In this document: piece by piece, positions 35,927-45,995 of the stretch | Layout: each line of letters starts with the position of its first letter | Position numbering within the stretch: position 1 is the first letter of the stretch | Assembly (NCBI GenBank): GCA_965213925.1 | Contig: OZ243927.1 | Coordinates: 4,288,001-4,352,000, forward strand | Direction: 5' to 3' | Source: Trueperaceae bacterium | GTDB taxonomy: Bacteria > Deinococcota > Deinococci > Deinococcales > Trueperaceae | Length of the DNA stretch: 64,000 bases | The notes under the pieces: model-generated | Seen by the model: only the letters and a program-made list of their open reading frames with translations | Told to the model about the DNA's origin: nothing | Database searches by the model: none | Made by a program: the position numbers and the translations under genes

Positions 35927-38065
35927 ATGACGAGTCCCGCGACGAACGACACTACCGCAAAGGTCTACGCCTTCGACGTTTTCGATACATGCGTTGTCAG
36001 AACGTTTGCCCGCCCCGCCGACCTCTTCTACGCGCTTGCACGACGGGTCCTCACGGCGTGTCGCGGCGAGGAGAACTTTGGTCAAGAAGAGGTGAGCGAA
36101 CTCGCGCAGGCGCGCGTCGCCGCCGAGAAGCGGGCGCACCGGGAGACCTCTAAAGGTGATATCAACTTGGAGGATATCTACGACGCCTTCACCGAGTTAG
36201 AGGCGTGGCGTATTTCGCCGGATTGGATGCGCGCCGAAGAGGTACGACTCGAGAAAGCCTCCCTCCGCCCGATCGCTCGCACGAAGCGCCGCATTGCGCA
36301 GCTTAAAGGTGAGGGGCAGCGCGTCGTGTTCATCTCGGACATGTACCTCTCGAAAGAGGTCATCCAAGAGGTGCTTATTGGGCACGGTATCGCCACGGCG
36401 GACGACCCCTTGTATGTGTCTTCGGAACTCGAGATGACCAAACGCACGGGCGAGCTTTTCAAGCACGTTTTGGAGCGCGAAGGCGTTCAGCCAGGCGATT
36501 TGCATCACTGCGGCGACAGCATGGTGGGCGACTTTTTAGCCGCGCGCAAGCTGGGCATCAAGGCGGAGCTGTTCGATGTCTCGCACCTCAACCGCTTCGA
36601 ACGAGCGATTTTAGACGACTCGCACGCGCCGCCCTGGGTTTACGCGCAACTCGCGGGGCTCTGCCGCGCGGCGCGGCTCATGTGCAAGGACGAAGGCGAT
36701 ACCGCCGTCACCGATATTGCTGCGAACGTCGTTGCGCCGCTCCTAACGAGCTTTGTCCTCTGGACGCTGCAAGACGCGAAGCAGCGGGGCACCGAGCGCT
36801 TGCATTTCGTCGCCAGGGACGGGCAAATTATGCATAAAATCGCTCAGGAACTCGCGCAGACGCTTAACGCGCCCGAGTTGCACTACCTTTACGGCTCGAG
36901 GCAAGCCTGGTATTTGCCGTCGGTCGCTTCGCTCGAGGGGGACGACCTGGCGTTCCTCGTCCTAACGGGTCAGTCGTCCGCGCCGCGGCACAACCTCAAG
37001 CGCTTGGACCTTAAGCCGGAGGATTTAGAAGGACCGCTCCGTCGGCACGGCTTCGCGCCCGAGACTTGGGACGAACAGCTTGACGAGGAGAGCGAAAAGA
37101 GGTTTTGGGCGTTCATCTACGACGATGAAGTCGCGCCCGTCGTGATGAGGCAGGCGAGAGAGGCGCGGGAGGTCGCGCTCGCCTACTTCGAGCAAGAGGG
37201 TTTGTTAAGAGATGACAAGTGGGCGCTCGTGGATATCGGTTGGACGCTCCGCACGCAGGCGTCGTTTAAGAAGATTTTAGGGCGGGCAGGGCAACCGCAT
37301 ACGCTCGGCTACTACTTAGGGATTTCCAAAACGCGCTTTTCGGCGACGGAGTACGGTCAGGCTCGAGGCTTTTGGTTAGAGGAGTTCGAGCAGGGCGTGG
37401 CGAGTTCGGGCATCCGGTACCTCTTCCAGAACAAGGGCTTGATCGACCAGATTTTCACGATGGCGGACCACGGCAGTACGAGAGGGTACGCACGGCGCGG
37501 TAACAAAATCGAGCCGGTGCTCTCGGAACTCAAGCCGTATCCTCAGCGCGAAGCGTTCTTAGAGCAAGTTCACCGGACCGTGACGACCTTCGCCGCCGAA
37601 CTCGCCAAAACGCCTTTAATCCATGAGGGCGCGGACGACCTCAAGCGCTGCGCGCACCTCGTCACGGGGATGCTCATCGGCAACCCGACGCGCCGCGAGG
37701 CGAAGGCGCTCGCTTGGGCTCCTATCAGCGACGACCCGAACGAACTCCGGGCGGTCAAGCTCGCCAAGCCGCTCAGCGTCTCCGACCTCTACAAAATCGC
37801 TAAAGACGTCGCCTTGCGCGTCAAGGATTCGCGCACCGCGAATACGAAGACGGTGCCGAGCCTTTTCTACAAGGACCTCGCGTGGGGCTTTTCGTGGCTC
37901 GAGGGCTCGGTCGCCCTCTCGGGTCTGCCCGCCAAATTCACCTTGTGGACCTACGAGCAGGCGCAGCGGCTCAACCGGGAGAAGAAAGTTCTGGCCCTCC
38001 GCGTGCTCACGGTGCCCCAAAACGTGTCGCGTAAGCTCTCAAAACTGAAGCGGTGGCGTTTTTGA
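35927..38065 (+). CDS. Large HAD-superfamily hydrolase (polysaccharide-locus type)
   Basis: AFDVFDTC motif I, ISDMYL, KRTGELF, HCGDS; second module FVARDG...LVDIGW; start at MTSPAT. Confidence 0.82.
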   Translation: MTSPATNDTTAKVYAFDVFDTCVVRTFARPADLFYALARRVLTACRGEENFGQEEVSELAQARVAAEKRAHRETSKGDINLEDIYDAFTELEAWRISPDWMRAEEVRLEKASLRPIARTKRRIAQLKGEGQRVVFISDMYLSKEVIQEVLIGHGIATADDPLYVSSELEMTKRTGELFKHVLEREGVQPGDLHHCGDSMVGDFLAARKLGIKAELFDVSHLNRFERAILDDSHAPPWVYAQLAGLCRAARLMCKDEGDTAVTDIAANVVAPLLTSFVLWTLQDAKQRGTERLHFVARDGQIMHKIAQELAQTLNAPELHYLYGSRQAWYLPSVASLEGDDLAFLVLTGQSSAPRHNLKRLDLKPEDLEGPLRRHGFAPETWDEQLDEESEKRFWAFIYDDEVAPVVMRQAREAREVALAYFEQEGLLRDDKWALVDIGWTLRTQASFKKILGRAGQPHTLGYYLGISKTRFSATEYGQARGFWLEEFEQGVASSGIRYLFQNKGLIDQIFTMADHGSTRGYARRGNKIEPVLSELKPYPQREAFLEQVHRTVTTFAAELAKTPLIHEGADDLKRCAHLVTGMLIGNPTRREAKALAWAPISDDPNELRAVKLAKPLSVSDLYKIAKDVALRVKDSRTANTKTVPSLFYKDLAWGFSWLEGSVALSGLPAKFTLWTYEQAQRLNREKKVLALRVLTVPQNVSRKLSKLKRWRF

Positions 38066-38066
38066 G

Positions 38067-39218
38067 ATGAACCCTGAGAACAAAGTTCGCGTCCTCTTCA
38101 TCCTGAGCGCCGTGCAGCGTAACGGCGCGGTCTTGAGCACCCTCACGACGATGAAGCACCTAGACCGCTCGCGCTATGAGCCTGCGCTGTTCGTTTTAGA
38201 GCGCCGCGACGAGCCCTGGCACGAACTCTTAGAGGGCGTGCCTATCACCTACGGCGTCACGAAGGGCAAGCTTAAAGCGCGGCACGCGCCGCAGGTTTTC
38301 GCCAAACTCTTCCGCGCGGCGCGGCGCTCTGACGTGCTTGTCGGCGGCGTCGAGATGGCTCCGACGTTCTTGGCGGTTATCGCGGCGAAGTTCACGCGCA
38401 AGCCCTCCGTGGGCTTCGTGCGCAACTCTTTGCCCGAGCACTTGGCACAGATGCCCGCACGCTACAAGACGCTGACGAAACTTATCTATCCGCACTTAAC
38501 GCGCGCTGTTGCGATTTCCGAGGGCATCAAGGAGAGCGTTGTACGCCTCGTGCCGCCTTTAGAGAACCGCACCCGCACCGTCTATATTCCGCTCGATATT
38601 GACAAGACGCAGCGGCGTTCGCGGGAGCGTTTGCCCGAAGCGGAGACCCACAAGCCCTACCTTCTGGCGGTGGGGCGGCTCGAGTACCAGAAAGGTTTCG
38701 ACCTCTTGCTCCGCGCCTACGCGAAGCTCAAAAAGGAGCTTCAACCGTCGCTGCGTCACCAGCTCGTTTTGGTGGGCGAGGGCAAGGAAAAGGAGCGACT
38801 TAGGGCGCTCGTTCAGGAGCTTGATTTAGAAGCGGACGTGGTGATGCCGGGCTTTCAAGAAAACCCCTACGCTTGGATGAAAGGGGCGGCGGTGTTCGTC
38901 TCGAGTTCGCGCTACGAGGGCTTCTGCCGCGTCATCGCCGAGGCGTTAGCGGTAGGTACGCCCGTTGTCGCGACGGACTGCCCGAGCGGTCCCGCCGAGG
39001 TCTTGCAGGGGCAGCAGTACGGCGTCTTAGTACAAACTGAAAACCCGGACGCGCTCGCCGAGGGCATCCGCTCGCTTCTCTGCGACCCCGCGCGCATGGA
39101 AACGCTGAGCGAAGTTGGACCGCGCCGCGCCGCGCACTTCACGCCCGAAGCGACCGTGGAGCACTTCGAGCGTGTTTTAGCCGAGGTGCTGCCGTCTCAC
39201 CCAAACAGCCTGATATGA
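38067..39218 (+). CDS. Glycosyltransferase family 4
   Basis: VGRLEYQKGF, SSRYEGF...EALAVGTPVVATDCPSGP. Confidence 0.92.
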   Translation: MNPENKVRVLFILSAVQRNGAVLSTLTTMKHLDRSRYEPALFVLERRDEPWHELLEGVPITYGVTKGKLKARHAPQVFAKLFRAARRSDVLVGGVEMAPTFLAVIAAKFTRKPSVGFVRNSLPEHLAQMPARYKTLTKLIYPHLTRAVAISEGIKESVVRLVPPLENRTRTVYIPLDIDKTQRRSRERLPEAETHKPYLLAVGRLEYQKGFDLLLRAYAKLKKELQPSLRHQLVLVGEGKEKERLRALVQELDLEADVVMPGFQENPYAWMKGAAVFVSSSRYEGFCRVIAEALAVGTPVVATDCPSGPAEVLQGQQYGVLVQTENPDALAEGIRSLLCDPARMETLSEVGPRRAAHFTPEATVEHFERVLAEVLPSHPNSLI

Positions 39219-39219
39219 A

Positions 39220-39239
39220 CAAGGGGTTGCAACCCCTTG
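39220..39239. repeat. Short palindrome between convergent genes (REP or terminator)
   Basis: CAAGGGGTTGCAACCCCTTG perfect palindrome. Confidence 0.55.
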
Positions 39240-39248
39240 CTTAAAGCG

Positions 39249-40070
39249 CTACGCGCCCTCTATCGTCCGCTCGTAAAGCGCTTCATCTGCGCTCACGACG
39301 AAGTAGGGGTTGAGCAGGTTCTCCTTGTTGTAGCGCAGCCGCTCGCCGTTTAGGTCGCCGACCTGCGCGCCCGCGGTCTCAGCGACGCACTGCGCAGCGG
39401 CCGTGTCCCATTCCATCGTCGGGCCGAAGCGCGGGTAGAGGTGCGCCGCGCCCTCCGCGACTAAGCAGAGCTTGAGCGAGCTGCCGATGGAGAGGCGTTC
39501 AATCGGCGCGTAGGACGACAAACGCTCCAAAAGCGCCTCCGTCTCTTCGCCCGCGTGCGAGCGGCTCGTCATGACAATGAGCGGTCCCGACGTGTGCGGC
39601 GTCACCTGAAGGGGGGTTCGCGCGCCGTCCACCACTTTGAACGCGCCTAAAGGCGTCGCCGCCCAATAGGTCGTTTTGAGCACAGGCGCATGGACGACGC
39701 CTAAAAGTGGCGCACCTTGGTCGATAAGCGCGATGTTGACGGTAAACTCGCCGTTACGCTTAACGAACTCTTTGGTGCCGTCCAAAGGGTCCACGAGCCA
39801 GAAGGTCGTCCAGTCGCGGCGCGTTTCATAAGGCACGGCTTTAGACTCCTCGGACAAGACGGGCACGTCCGGGGTGAGCCGCTGCAGCGCCTTTGCGATC
39901 ACCTCTTGCGAAGCGAGGTCGGCTTGGGTCAGCGGCGAGTCGTCCTCTTTATAGGTCACGCCTAAGTCGGCGCGGTTGTAGACCTCTAAAACGGCGTCGC
40001 CCGCGCGCTCAGCCGTTTCGATAAGCTCGGGGGCGAGGGTTTGTAAGTTCAAGTCTGTAACGGTACTCAT
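39249..40070 (-). CDS. cysQ: 3'(2'),5'-bisphosphate nucleotidase
   Basis: SPLTQAD, LVDPLDGTKEF, GSSLKLCLVAEG, TMEWDTAA. Confidence 0.93.
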   Translation of the reverse strand: MSTVTDLNLQTLAPELIETAERAGDAVLEVYNRADLGVTYKEDDSPLTQADLASQEVIAKALQRLTPDVPVLSEESKAVPYETRRDWTTFWLVDPLDGTKEFVKRNGEFTVNIALIDQGAPLLGVVHAPVLKTTYWAATPLGAFKVVDGARTPLQVTPHTSGPLIVMTSRSHAGEETEALLERLSSYAPIERLSIGSSLKLCLVAEGAAHLYPRFGPTMEWDTAAAQCVAETAGAQVGDLNGERLRYNKENLLNPYFVVSADEALYERTIEGA

Positions 40071-40080
40071 ATCATCTCCT

Positions 40081-40122
40081 TGTGGATAACTTGTGGATAA
40101 CCTGTGAATGGCTTGTGGACAA
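40081..40122 (-). promoter_or_regulatory. Cluster of four DnaA boxes
   Basis: TGTGGATAA at 40081 and 40092, TGTGAATGG at 40103, TGTGGACAA at 40114 (rc of TTATCCACA). Confidence 0.7.
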
Positions 40123-40271
40123 TGGGATTTAACCTGTGGTTGGGTTTCGCTAAGCTGAGTGCATTCGTCTGAACATGTTGGTCGAGCAGCTTGCGGGAAC
40201 GCTTCGGCTGGCTCGAGTACCCTCTCAACTACGCACCTATCCTAACCAATCAACCTACGACGACGACGTAC

Positions 40272-40438
40272 TACACCGTCAACTAAGTTTTGCTACTTAT
40301 TGCTGATGTCACCCTAAGCCGAAGGCGTGAGGGTCTCGCCTTTCGTTCTCTGTCAGAGGAGTCAGCAAGGTCAGAGATTCTTTCACTCCACTTCGTTCCG
40401 TTCAGAATGACATGCTTCATTTTCTAGCTAACAGAGTA
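40272..40438 (+). mobile_element. MITE family A copy 3
   Basis: Internal part nearly identical to the reverse complement of 58766-58931. Confidence 0.82.
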
Positions 40439-40481
40439 GTACCAATGAGCGACAAAAGTATCGACGCAGCGAATACCGCGC

Positions 40482-42251
40482 TTAAAAAGCCCAGATACGC
40501 GGGATGATGAGGAGCGCGATCAGCGCGGTCAGGAGGTTCAAGGGCACGCCGATCTTGAGGTAGTCGCTGAAACGGTAGCCGCCCGGTCCGTAGACCATCA
40601 GGTTCGTTTGATAACTTATCGGCGTGGCAAAACTCGCCGACGCCGCCATGATGATGCCGATCGCGAAGGGCATGAGGTTCACGTCCAGGTCGCCCGCTAG
40701 CGACAGCGCGATGGGAAAGACGAGCACCGCTGCCGCGTTGTTGGTGATCAGGCTGCTGAAGAGCGTCGTGACCGCGTAGAGCACCGCGAGCACCGCCAAG
40801 GGCTCGCTCCCGGCTAGGGCGACGAGGCTCTGCGCCAGCGACTGCGCCGCGCCGGTTGTTTCCAGAGCTTCACCGATGCCGAACGCCGCCGCAATGGTGA
40901 TGAGCACGCGCCAGTCCACGCTCCGGCGCGCGACCGCGCCCGTGCAGCAGCGCGTGATGATCATAAGCCCCGCCGCGAGCATCGCCGCTTCTAAAATGGG
41001 CAGCAAGCCCGAAATAACCGTGAGAATCATCGCGGCGAGGACGCCGACCGCGATGATCGCCCGGTCGAAGCGCGGCGGCGTCGAGTTGGCGACGCCACTG
41101 ACCAAGAAGAAGTCGCGAGAGTTGCGCTGCTGCTCGACAAAGGACGACTTCGCCTCCAAGAGCAGCGTGTCGCCGGGGCGCAAGACGATGTCGCCGACTT
41201 TACGCCTGACCCGCTCGCCGTTTCTCGCTACCGCGATGACCACCGCGTTATAGAACGAGCGAAAGTTGCCCTCGCGGATGCTCTGCCCGACCAGCGGACA
41301 ACTGCTCGAGACCACCGCCTCGATGAGCATCCGCTCCGAGCGTTGCCCGTCGAGCTTGAAAATCTGTTTCGTGGCGGGCGTGATGCCCCGAATCTTCTGC
41401 AAGTCCGCCACCGACTCGACGATGCCGACGAAGAGCAAGCGGTCCTCCGCTTGCAGCGTCTCTTGGGGCGAGACCGCGGGCAAGATGCGGCCCTTGCGGT
41501 CGATCTCGGCTAAGTACATGCCGGGGAGCTGCCTGAGCCCCGCATCCTCGATCGTCCGGCCGACGAGGGGTCCGCTTCCCTCGACGAGCATCTCGACGCT
41601 GTACTCTTTAGGGTTGTCGAGCCACCGCGTCTTAGAGGCGTTGTTGGGCAGGAGCCAGCGCCCGGCGAAGAGGATAAAGCCGAAACCGACGAGCGCCGTA
41701 GGCAAGCCGACCCAGGCGAGCGAGAACATGCCCAGACTCGGCAACCCGGCGCGGCTCACCAAAAGCCCGTTCACAACCAAATTGGTGCTCGTGCCGATAA
41801 GTGTGCAGGTTCCCCCTAGAATCGCGGCGTAAGACAGCGGAATCATCAGCTTAGAGACGGCCAGCCCGTGCCGCCGCGCCCAGTCGTTCACGGCGGGGAT
41901 GAGCATGGCGACGACGGGCGTGTTGTTCAAAAACGCGCTGATGAGCGTGACCGGCGTCATGAGCCTGAGCTGCGCGTCAGCGAGCGACTTGGGTTTGCCC
42001 AAAAGCCGCTGCGAAAGCCAGTGCACGCCCCCCGTCTCCTGCAAGCCCGCCACGACGATGTAGAGCACGCCGACGGTGATCACGCCGGGGTTAGCGAAGC
42101 CCGAAAACGCCTGCTCGGGCGTGAGGATGCCGAAGACGAGCAAGAGGGTGAGCCCGGCGCTTAGGATGATGTCTGGGCTCACCCGCGTGAAGGTGAGCAG
42201 ACCGACTAAAAACAGCACAAGGCTTAGCGTGGACCAGGCGTCAGGGCTCAC
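40482..42251 (-). CDS. SLC13/CitT permease with TrkA-C domains (putative sulfate/anion transporter)
   Basis: SAFLNNTPVV, CTLIGTSTNL, two TrkA-C repeats, FATPISYQTNLMVYGPGGY. Confidence 0.9.
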   Translation of the reverse strand: MSPDAWSTLSLVLFLVGLLTFTRVSPDIILSAGLTLLLVFGILTPEQAFSGFANPGVITVGVLYIVVAGLQETGGVHWLSQRLLGKPKSLADAQLRLMTPVTLISAFLNNTPVVAMLIPAVNDWARRHGLAVSKLMIPLSYAAILGGTCTLIGTSTNLVVNGLLVSRAGLPSLGMFSLAWVGLPTALVGFGFILFAGRWLLPNNASKTRWLDNPKEYSVEMLVEGSGPLVGRTIEDAGLRQLPGMYLAEIDRKGRILPAVSPQETLQAEDRLLFVGIVESVADLQKIRGITPATKQIFKLDGQRSERMLIEAVVSSSCPLVGQSIREGNFRSFYNAVVIAVARNGERVRRKVGDIVLRPGDTLLLEAKSSFVEQQRNSRDFFLVSGVANSTPPRFDRAIIAVGVLAAMILTVISGLLPILEAAMLAAGLMIITRCCTGAVARRSVDWRVLITIAAAFGIGEALETTGAAQSLAQSLVALAGSEPLAVLAVLYAVTTLFSSLITNNAAAVLVFPIALSLAGDLDVNLMPFAIGIIMAASASFATPISYQTNLMVYGPGGYRFSDYLKIGVPLNLLTALIALLIIPRIWAF

Positions 42252-42551
42252 CGCGAACCTCTTCGCCCAAACCCGCTTACTGCGGGGGTTAGCGTGGGCG
42301 TCGATCCTGACGACGTACCAATTGTGGGGGTTAGCAACACATACACATCCATACTGAAGTCACCCTACCGCCTTTATGCGTGAAGGGGTCTATAAAACTT
42401 TACGAAGTAGGTTTGAATAGCTCACCCATTTAGAGTGGCGGACTGGGGCCCGCCTCGCAGCGCGGGCGAATTCCGTTGTAAATAGGTATACCTCATCCGG
42501 CAAGCAAAAGCGTACCGCACGACCACATGGAGCACCAATTTCTAACAACAA

Positions 42552-42577
42552 AGGGCTACTGCGCACGCAGTAGCCCT
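42552..42577 (-). terminator. Terminator after small ORF
   Basis: AGGGCTACTGCG-CA-CGCAGTAGCCCT followed by T residues on the minus strand. Confidence 0.65.
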
Positions 42578-42612
42578 CGAGGTCAATTGAATTGTGAAAT
42601 TAAGCGAGCGGT

Positions 42613-42804
42613 CTAGTAACCGTCATATTCGCAGACTGAACGCTGCCAAATCTTTTTGGAGACGCGGCGCAAAAGCTGGTGCTGTTTCTGAAAACCGAGC
42701 TGCTGGTTGCTTTGAATGTCTTTAGCGAGTTCGATGAGCTGTTTGAGTGTTAGGTCGCTGCCGTCTAGGTTGTCCAGTGTTTTTTCCGTCTGACCGATAA
42801 CCAT
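42613..42804 (-). CDS. Small hypothetical protein (63 aa)
   Basis: GGGGGA RBS before MVIGQTEK; own terminator downstream. Confidence 0.5.
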   Translation of the reverse strand: MVIGQTEKTLDNLDGSDLTLKQLIELAKDIQSNQQLGFQKQHQLLRRVSKKIWQRSVCEYDGY

Positions 42805-43240
42805 GTTTCCCCCATCCCCATGAGTAACAGCTATCATCTGACTGAGAACGCGCTTACGGTAACGAGAACCGCTTAGCGGCTACGTTCAAAGATGATATCT
42901 GCGCCTGTTCGTCCCGCGCGACGGTGAGACCAACAAGGCAATGTGTGAAACTTCGCACTTGAAGAAAGATTCGTCCAGCGCGCCTCCTATTACAGCTTCT
43001 TGAGTTATGGTGCGTCTTGCTGTAAGAAACAGTTTACACTACAGCTCATGAGTTTGACCAGTGTATTTTCTCACATTGTGTAAGAATTCGCGCCCTTCCT
43101 GCGCAGTTTCCGAGGTTCTTGCGGTCGAATAGTAGCATGAAGGGCTCGAGCGTCCCCGATCAGTGATCTTCAAAGACTAAAAGTTGGCTTGTGCGAGAAA
43201 TTTCGCGGTTGCGCGCTGAGTCGGGTAGCATTCTCCGCCC

Positions 43241-44773
43241 TCACCCGCTATATTCGCCCCACTCCCGCCGCAGCACGCCGCAGACTTCACCTAACGTCGC
43301 ACCAGAGCGAAAAGCGTCTAAAACGGGAGGGAACATGTTACCGTCACCTCTCGCCGTTTCACAGATTTTAGAGAGCGCTCTATCCGTCTCTTCTTGGTCA
43401 CGCTTCTCGCGGTACGCGCTCACCTCGCGCTCGCGCTTTTCTTGCGTCTCGGCGGAAAGTTCCTGAATCGGCACGCCCTCTTCGGCATCTAAGCGGAAGC
43501 GGTTCACGCCCACCACAACGCGCTCCTCTTTTTCCACCTCGCGCTGAAAACGGAACGCCGCCTCTTCGATCTCCTCTTGGATAAAACCCGCCTCGATCGC
43601 TTTGACCGAACCGCCTAAGTCTTCGATTTGACGCATGAGGTCTCCCGCTTGCGCCTCTACATCATCCGTAAGGCGCTCGACGTAATAACTCCCCGCAAAG
43701 GGATCCACCGCGTTTGTCACACCCGACTCGTACGCGAGTACCTGCTGCGTGCGCAAGGCGGTTCGCGCGGACTTGTCCGTAGGTAAACCGAGGGCCTCGT
43801 CCATTCCGTTCGTGTGTAAAGACTGCGTCCCGCCTAAGACCGCCGCCAACGCCTGATACGCCGTTCTGACGATGTTGTTCTCCGGCTGCTGCGCCGTGAG
43901 CGTGCTGCCGCCGGTTTGCGTATGAAAGCGGAGCATCTGCGACTTGGGCTCTTTTGCCCCGAACTCCTCACGCATAATCCGCGCCCACATCCGCCTAGCG
44001 GCTCTAAACTTAGCGACCTCTTCGAAAATGTTGTTGTGGCACGCAAAGAAGAAAGAGAGGCGCGGCGCAAATGCGTCCACCTCTAAGCCCGCGCTTAACG
44101 CCGCGCGCACATAGGCTCTGGCGTTCGAGAGCGTAAAGGCAACCTCTTGCGCCGCCGTCGCGCCCGCTTCGCGGATGTGGTAGCCGGAAATGGAAATCGT
44201 GTTCCAATTTGGGACGTGCTCGGCGCAGTGGGCGAACATGTCGGTGATGAGGCGCATGGAGGGCTCTGTCGGGTAAATGTAGGTGCCGCGCGCGATGTAC
44301 TCCTTCAAGATGTCGTTTTGCACCGTGCCGCCAAGCTTATCTGCAGAGACGCCCTGCTCCTCTGCTACTAAGATATAGAGCGCTAAAAGCATCATCGCGG
44401 GGGCGTTGATCGTCATCGAAGTCGTGACTTTATCTAAGGGAATATCCTTAAAAAGCGTGCGCATGTCGTCTAAAGTAGCGATTGAGACGCCCACTTTGCC
44501 GACTTCGCCTCGCGCAAAGGGGTCGTCGGGGTCCATGCCGAGCTGTGTAGGCAGATCGAAGGCAACCGAGAGCCCCGCCCCGCCCTGCGCCAAGAGGTAG
44601 CGGTAGCGCTCATTGGACTCCTCAGCAGAGCCGAAGCCCGCATATTGGCGCATGGTCCAGAAACGCCCGGTCGTGTACATCTGCGGGTAGACACCTCTAG
44701 TGTAGGGGTATTCGCCCGGCGTACCGAGTCGCTCTTTAAGCCCTTCCGGGGTGTTATCGTAAAGGGGTTCCAT
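43241..44773 (-). CDS. Methylmalonyl-CoA mutase-family large (substrate-binding) subunit
   Basis: [43 protein letters not shown]; no B12-binding domain. Confidence 0.93.
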   Translation of the reverse strand: MEPLYDNTPEGLKERLGTPGEYPYTRGVYPQMYTTGRFWTMRQYAGFGSAEESNERYRYLLAQGGAGLSVAFDLPTQLGMDPDDPFARGEVGKVGVSIATLDDMRTLFKDIPLDKVTTSMTINAPAMMLLALYILVAEEQGVSADKLGGTVQNDILKEYIARGTYIYPTEPSMRLITDMFAHCAEHVPNWNTISISGYHIREAGATAAQEVAFTLSNARAYVRAALSAGLEVDAFAPRLSFFFACHNNIFEEVAKFRAARRMWARIMREEFGAKEPKSQMLRFHTQTGGSTLTAQQPENNIVRTAYQALAAVLGGTQSLHTNGMDEALGLPTDKSARTALRTQQVLAYESGVTNAVDPFAGSYYVERLTDDVEAQAGDLMRQIEDLGGSVKAIEAGFIQEEIEEAAFRFQREVEKEERVVVGVNRFRLDAEEGVPIQELSAETQEKREREVSAYREKRDQEETDRALSKICETARGDGNMFPPVLDAFRSGATLGEVCGVLRREWGEYSG

Positions 44774-44923
44774 CGTTCGATTATAAGCGGGAGGTGGAGG
44801 TTTTACGCGCTACGACAGGGGTATTTAGAACAAAGTGGACATGAGACCTTCTTGCCGTAAATGAGCCTCCTCACTAGAAAGCTCCTCGAGCTTCCTACCA
44901 CTTCATATGCTACGCTAAGCCCC

Positions 44924-44980
44924 ATGTCAGAACAAATCGGCTACTTTATCTTACCCCCGCCTGCGCCTAGCATTCGCTAG
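44924..44980 (+). CDS. Leaderless 18-aa polyproline leader peptide MSEQIGYFILPPPAPSIR
   Basis: TG-C-TACGCT extended -10 at 44908-44916, 7 nt before ATG; followed by alternative hairpins. Confidence 0.6.
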   Translation: MSEQIGYFILPPPAPSIR

Positions 44981-45079
44981 GGACAGGTGAGAAGAGGTTT
45001 TCTACGCTGCGCGAGCGTAGCGTCATAGTTTACTACCTTCCCTGTTCTACATCACACCTCTTCACGGGAAGGACGCAAG

Positions 45080-45961
45080 ATGGAAACACCGAACCGCGGG
45101 CTCTGGTTCATCGTGCTCACCGCACTTCTTTGGGGCACGATTGGGCTCACCGCTCAGTCGCTCTATAACGTTGCTGAAATAGGGGCGCTAGGGATTATCT
45201 TCTACCGCCTCCTTATCGCCATACCTGTTCTCGGGCTCGCGCTCGTTAGCACGCTAGGACGCCGCGCCCTGACCTTTCGCAAGGTTGACCTCGGCGCAGT
45301 GTTCCTTATGGGCGTTGCGTTCGCACTTTTTCAGCTCGGCTACTTCGCCGCGGTCGCCCGCACCGGGGTCGCTGCTGCGACGCTCATCACGATTTGCACT
45401 GCGCCCGTGCTCGTGGCGCTTCTCTCCGCAGCGTTTTTACGCGAACGCCTTAGCGCTCGCGTGCTCAGCTCGCTCGCGCTCGCTGTCGTCGGCACCGCAC
45501 TTTTGGTTGACGTTCAGCCCCCTGCGCTCGCGGTGGAGGAGCAGCGGGCGCTCGGCACCCTCTTGGCGTTGGGCGCGGCGCTCTCGTACGCGCTGATGGT
45601 ACTCTCGAGCCGCCGCCTAGCCGCGCACTATCACCCGCTACAAGCCACCACCTTCGCCTTCACAGTTGCAGTACTGATCCTTTTACCCTTCTCGTTTCAA
45701 GCGATTACGGTGCAGCTTTCACCTGCGGCGTGGGGGCTGCTATGCTACCTGGGGCTCGTCCCTACGGCGCTAGGCTACGTGCTCTTCGTGATTGGGATGC
45801 GGACGACGGAGGCAACTGTGGCGAGTATCATCACGCTTTTGGAACCGCTTACCGCGACGCTGCTGGCGTGGCTTCTCTTAGGTGAGCGGCTTGGCGTTTG
45901 GGGCGCATTGGGGGGTGCGCTGCTGCTTACAGCAATTGTGCGGTTGTCAGTCAGGAAGTGA
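45080..45961 (+). CDS. DMT/EamA family transporter
   Basis: 10-TM pattern; ALLWGTIG, TAPVLV...LRERL, LLEPLTATLLAW. Confidence 0.9.
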   Translation: METPNRGLWFIVLTALLWGTIGLTAQSLYNVAEIGALGIIFYRLLIAIPVLGLALVSTLGRRALTFRKVDLGAVFLMGVAFALFQLGYFAAVARTGVAAATLITICTAPVLVALLSAAFLRERLSARVLSSLALAVVGTALLVDVQPPALAVEEQRALGTLLALGAALSYALMVLSSRRLAAHYHPLQATTFAFTVAVLILLPFSFQAITVQLSPAAWGLLCYLGLVPTALGYVLFVIGMRTTEATVASIITLLEPLTATLLAWLLLGERLGVWGALGGALLLTAIVRLSVRK

Positions 45962-45995
45962 AATACAGGCTTTCAAGTTGCGTTATTCTCTTTCT

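Noticed and set aside
40081..40260. oriC
   Set aside because: Only four boxes, no adjacent dnaA or dnaN and no AT-rich unwinding region; kept only as a DnaA-box cluster.
43241..44773. Truncated methylmalonyl-CoA mutase pseudogene
   Set aside because: Split mutases with a separate B12-binding subunit are normal; the ORF is intact.
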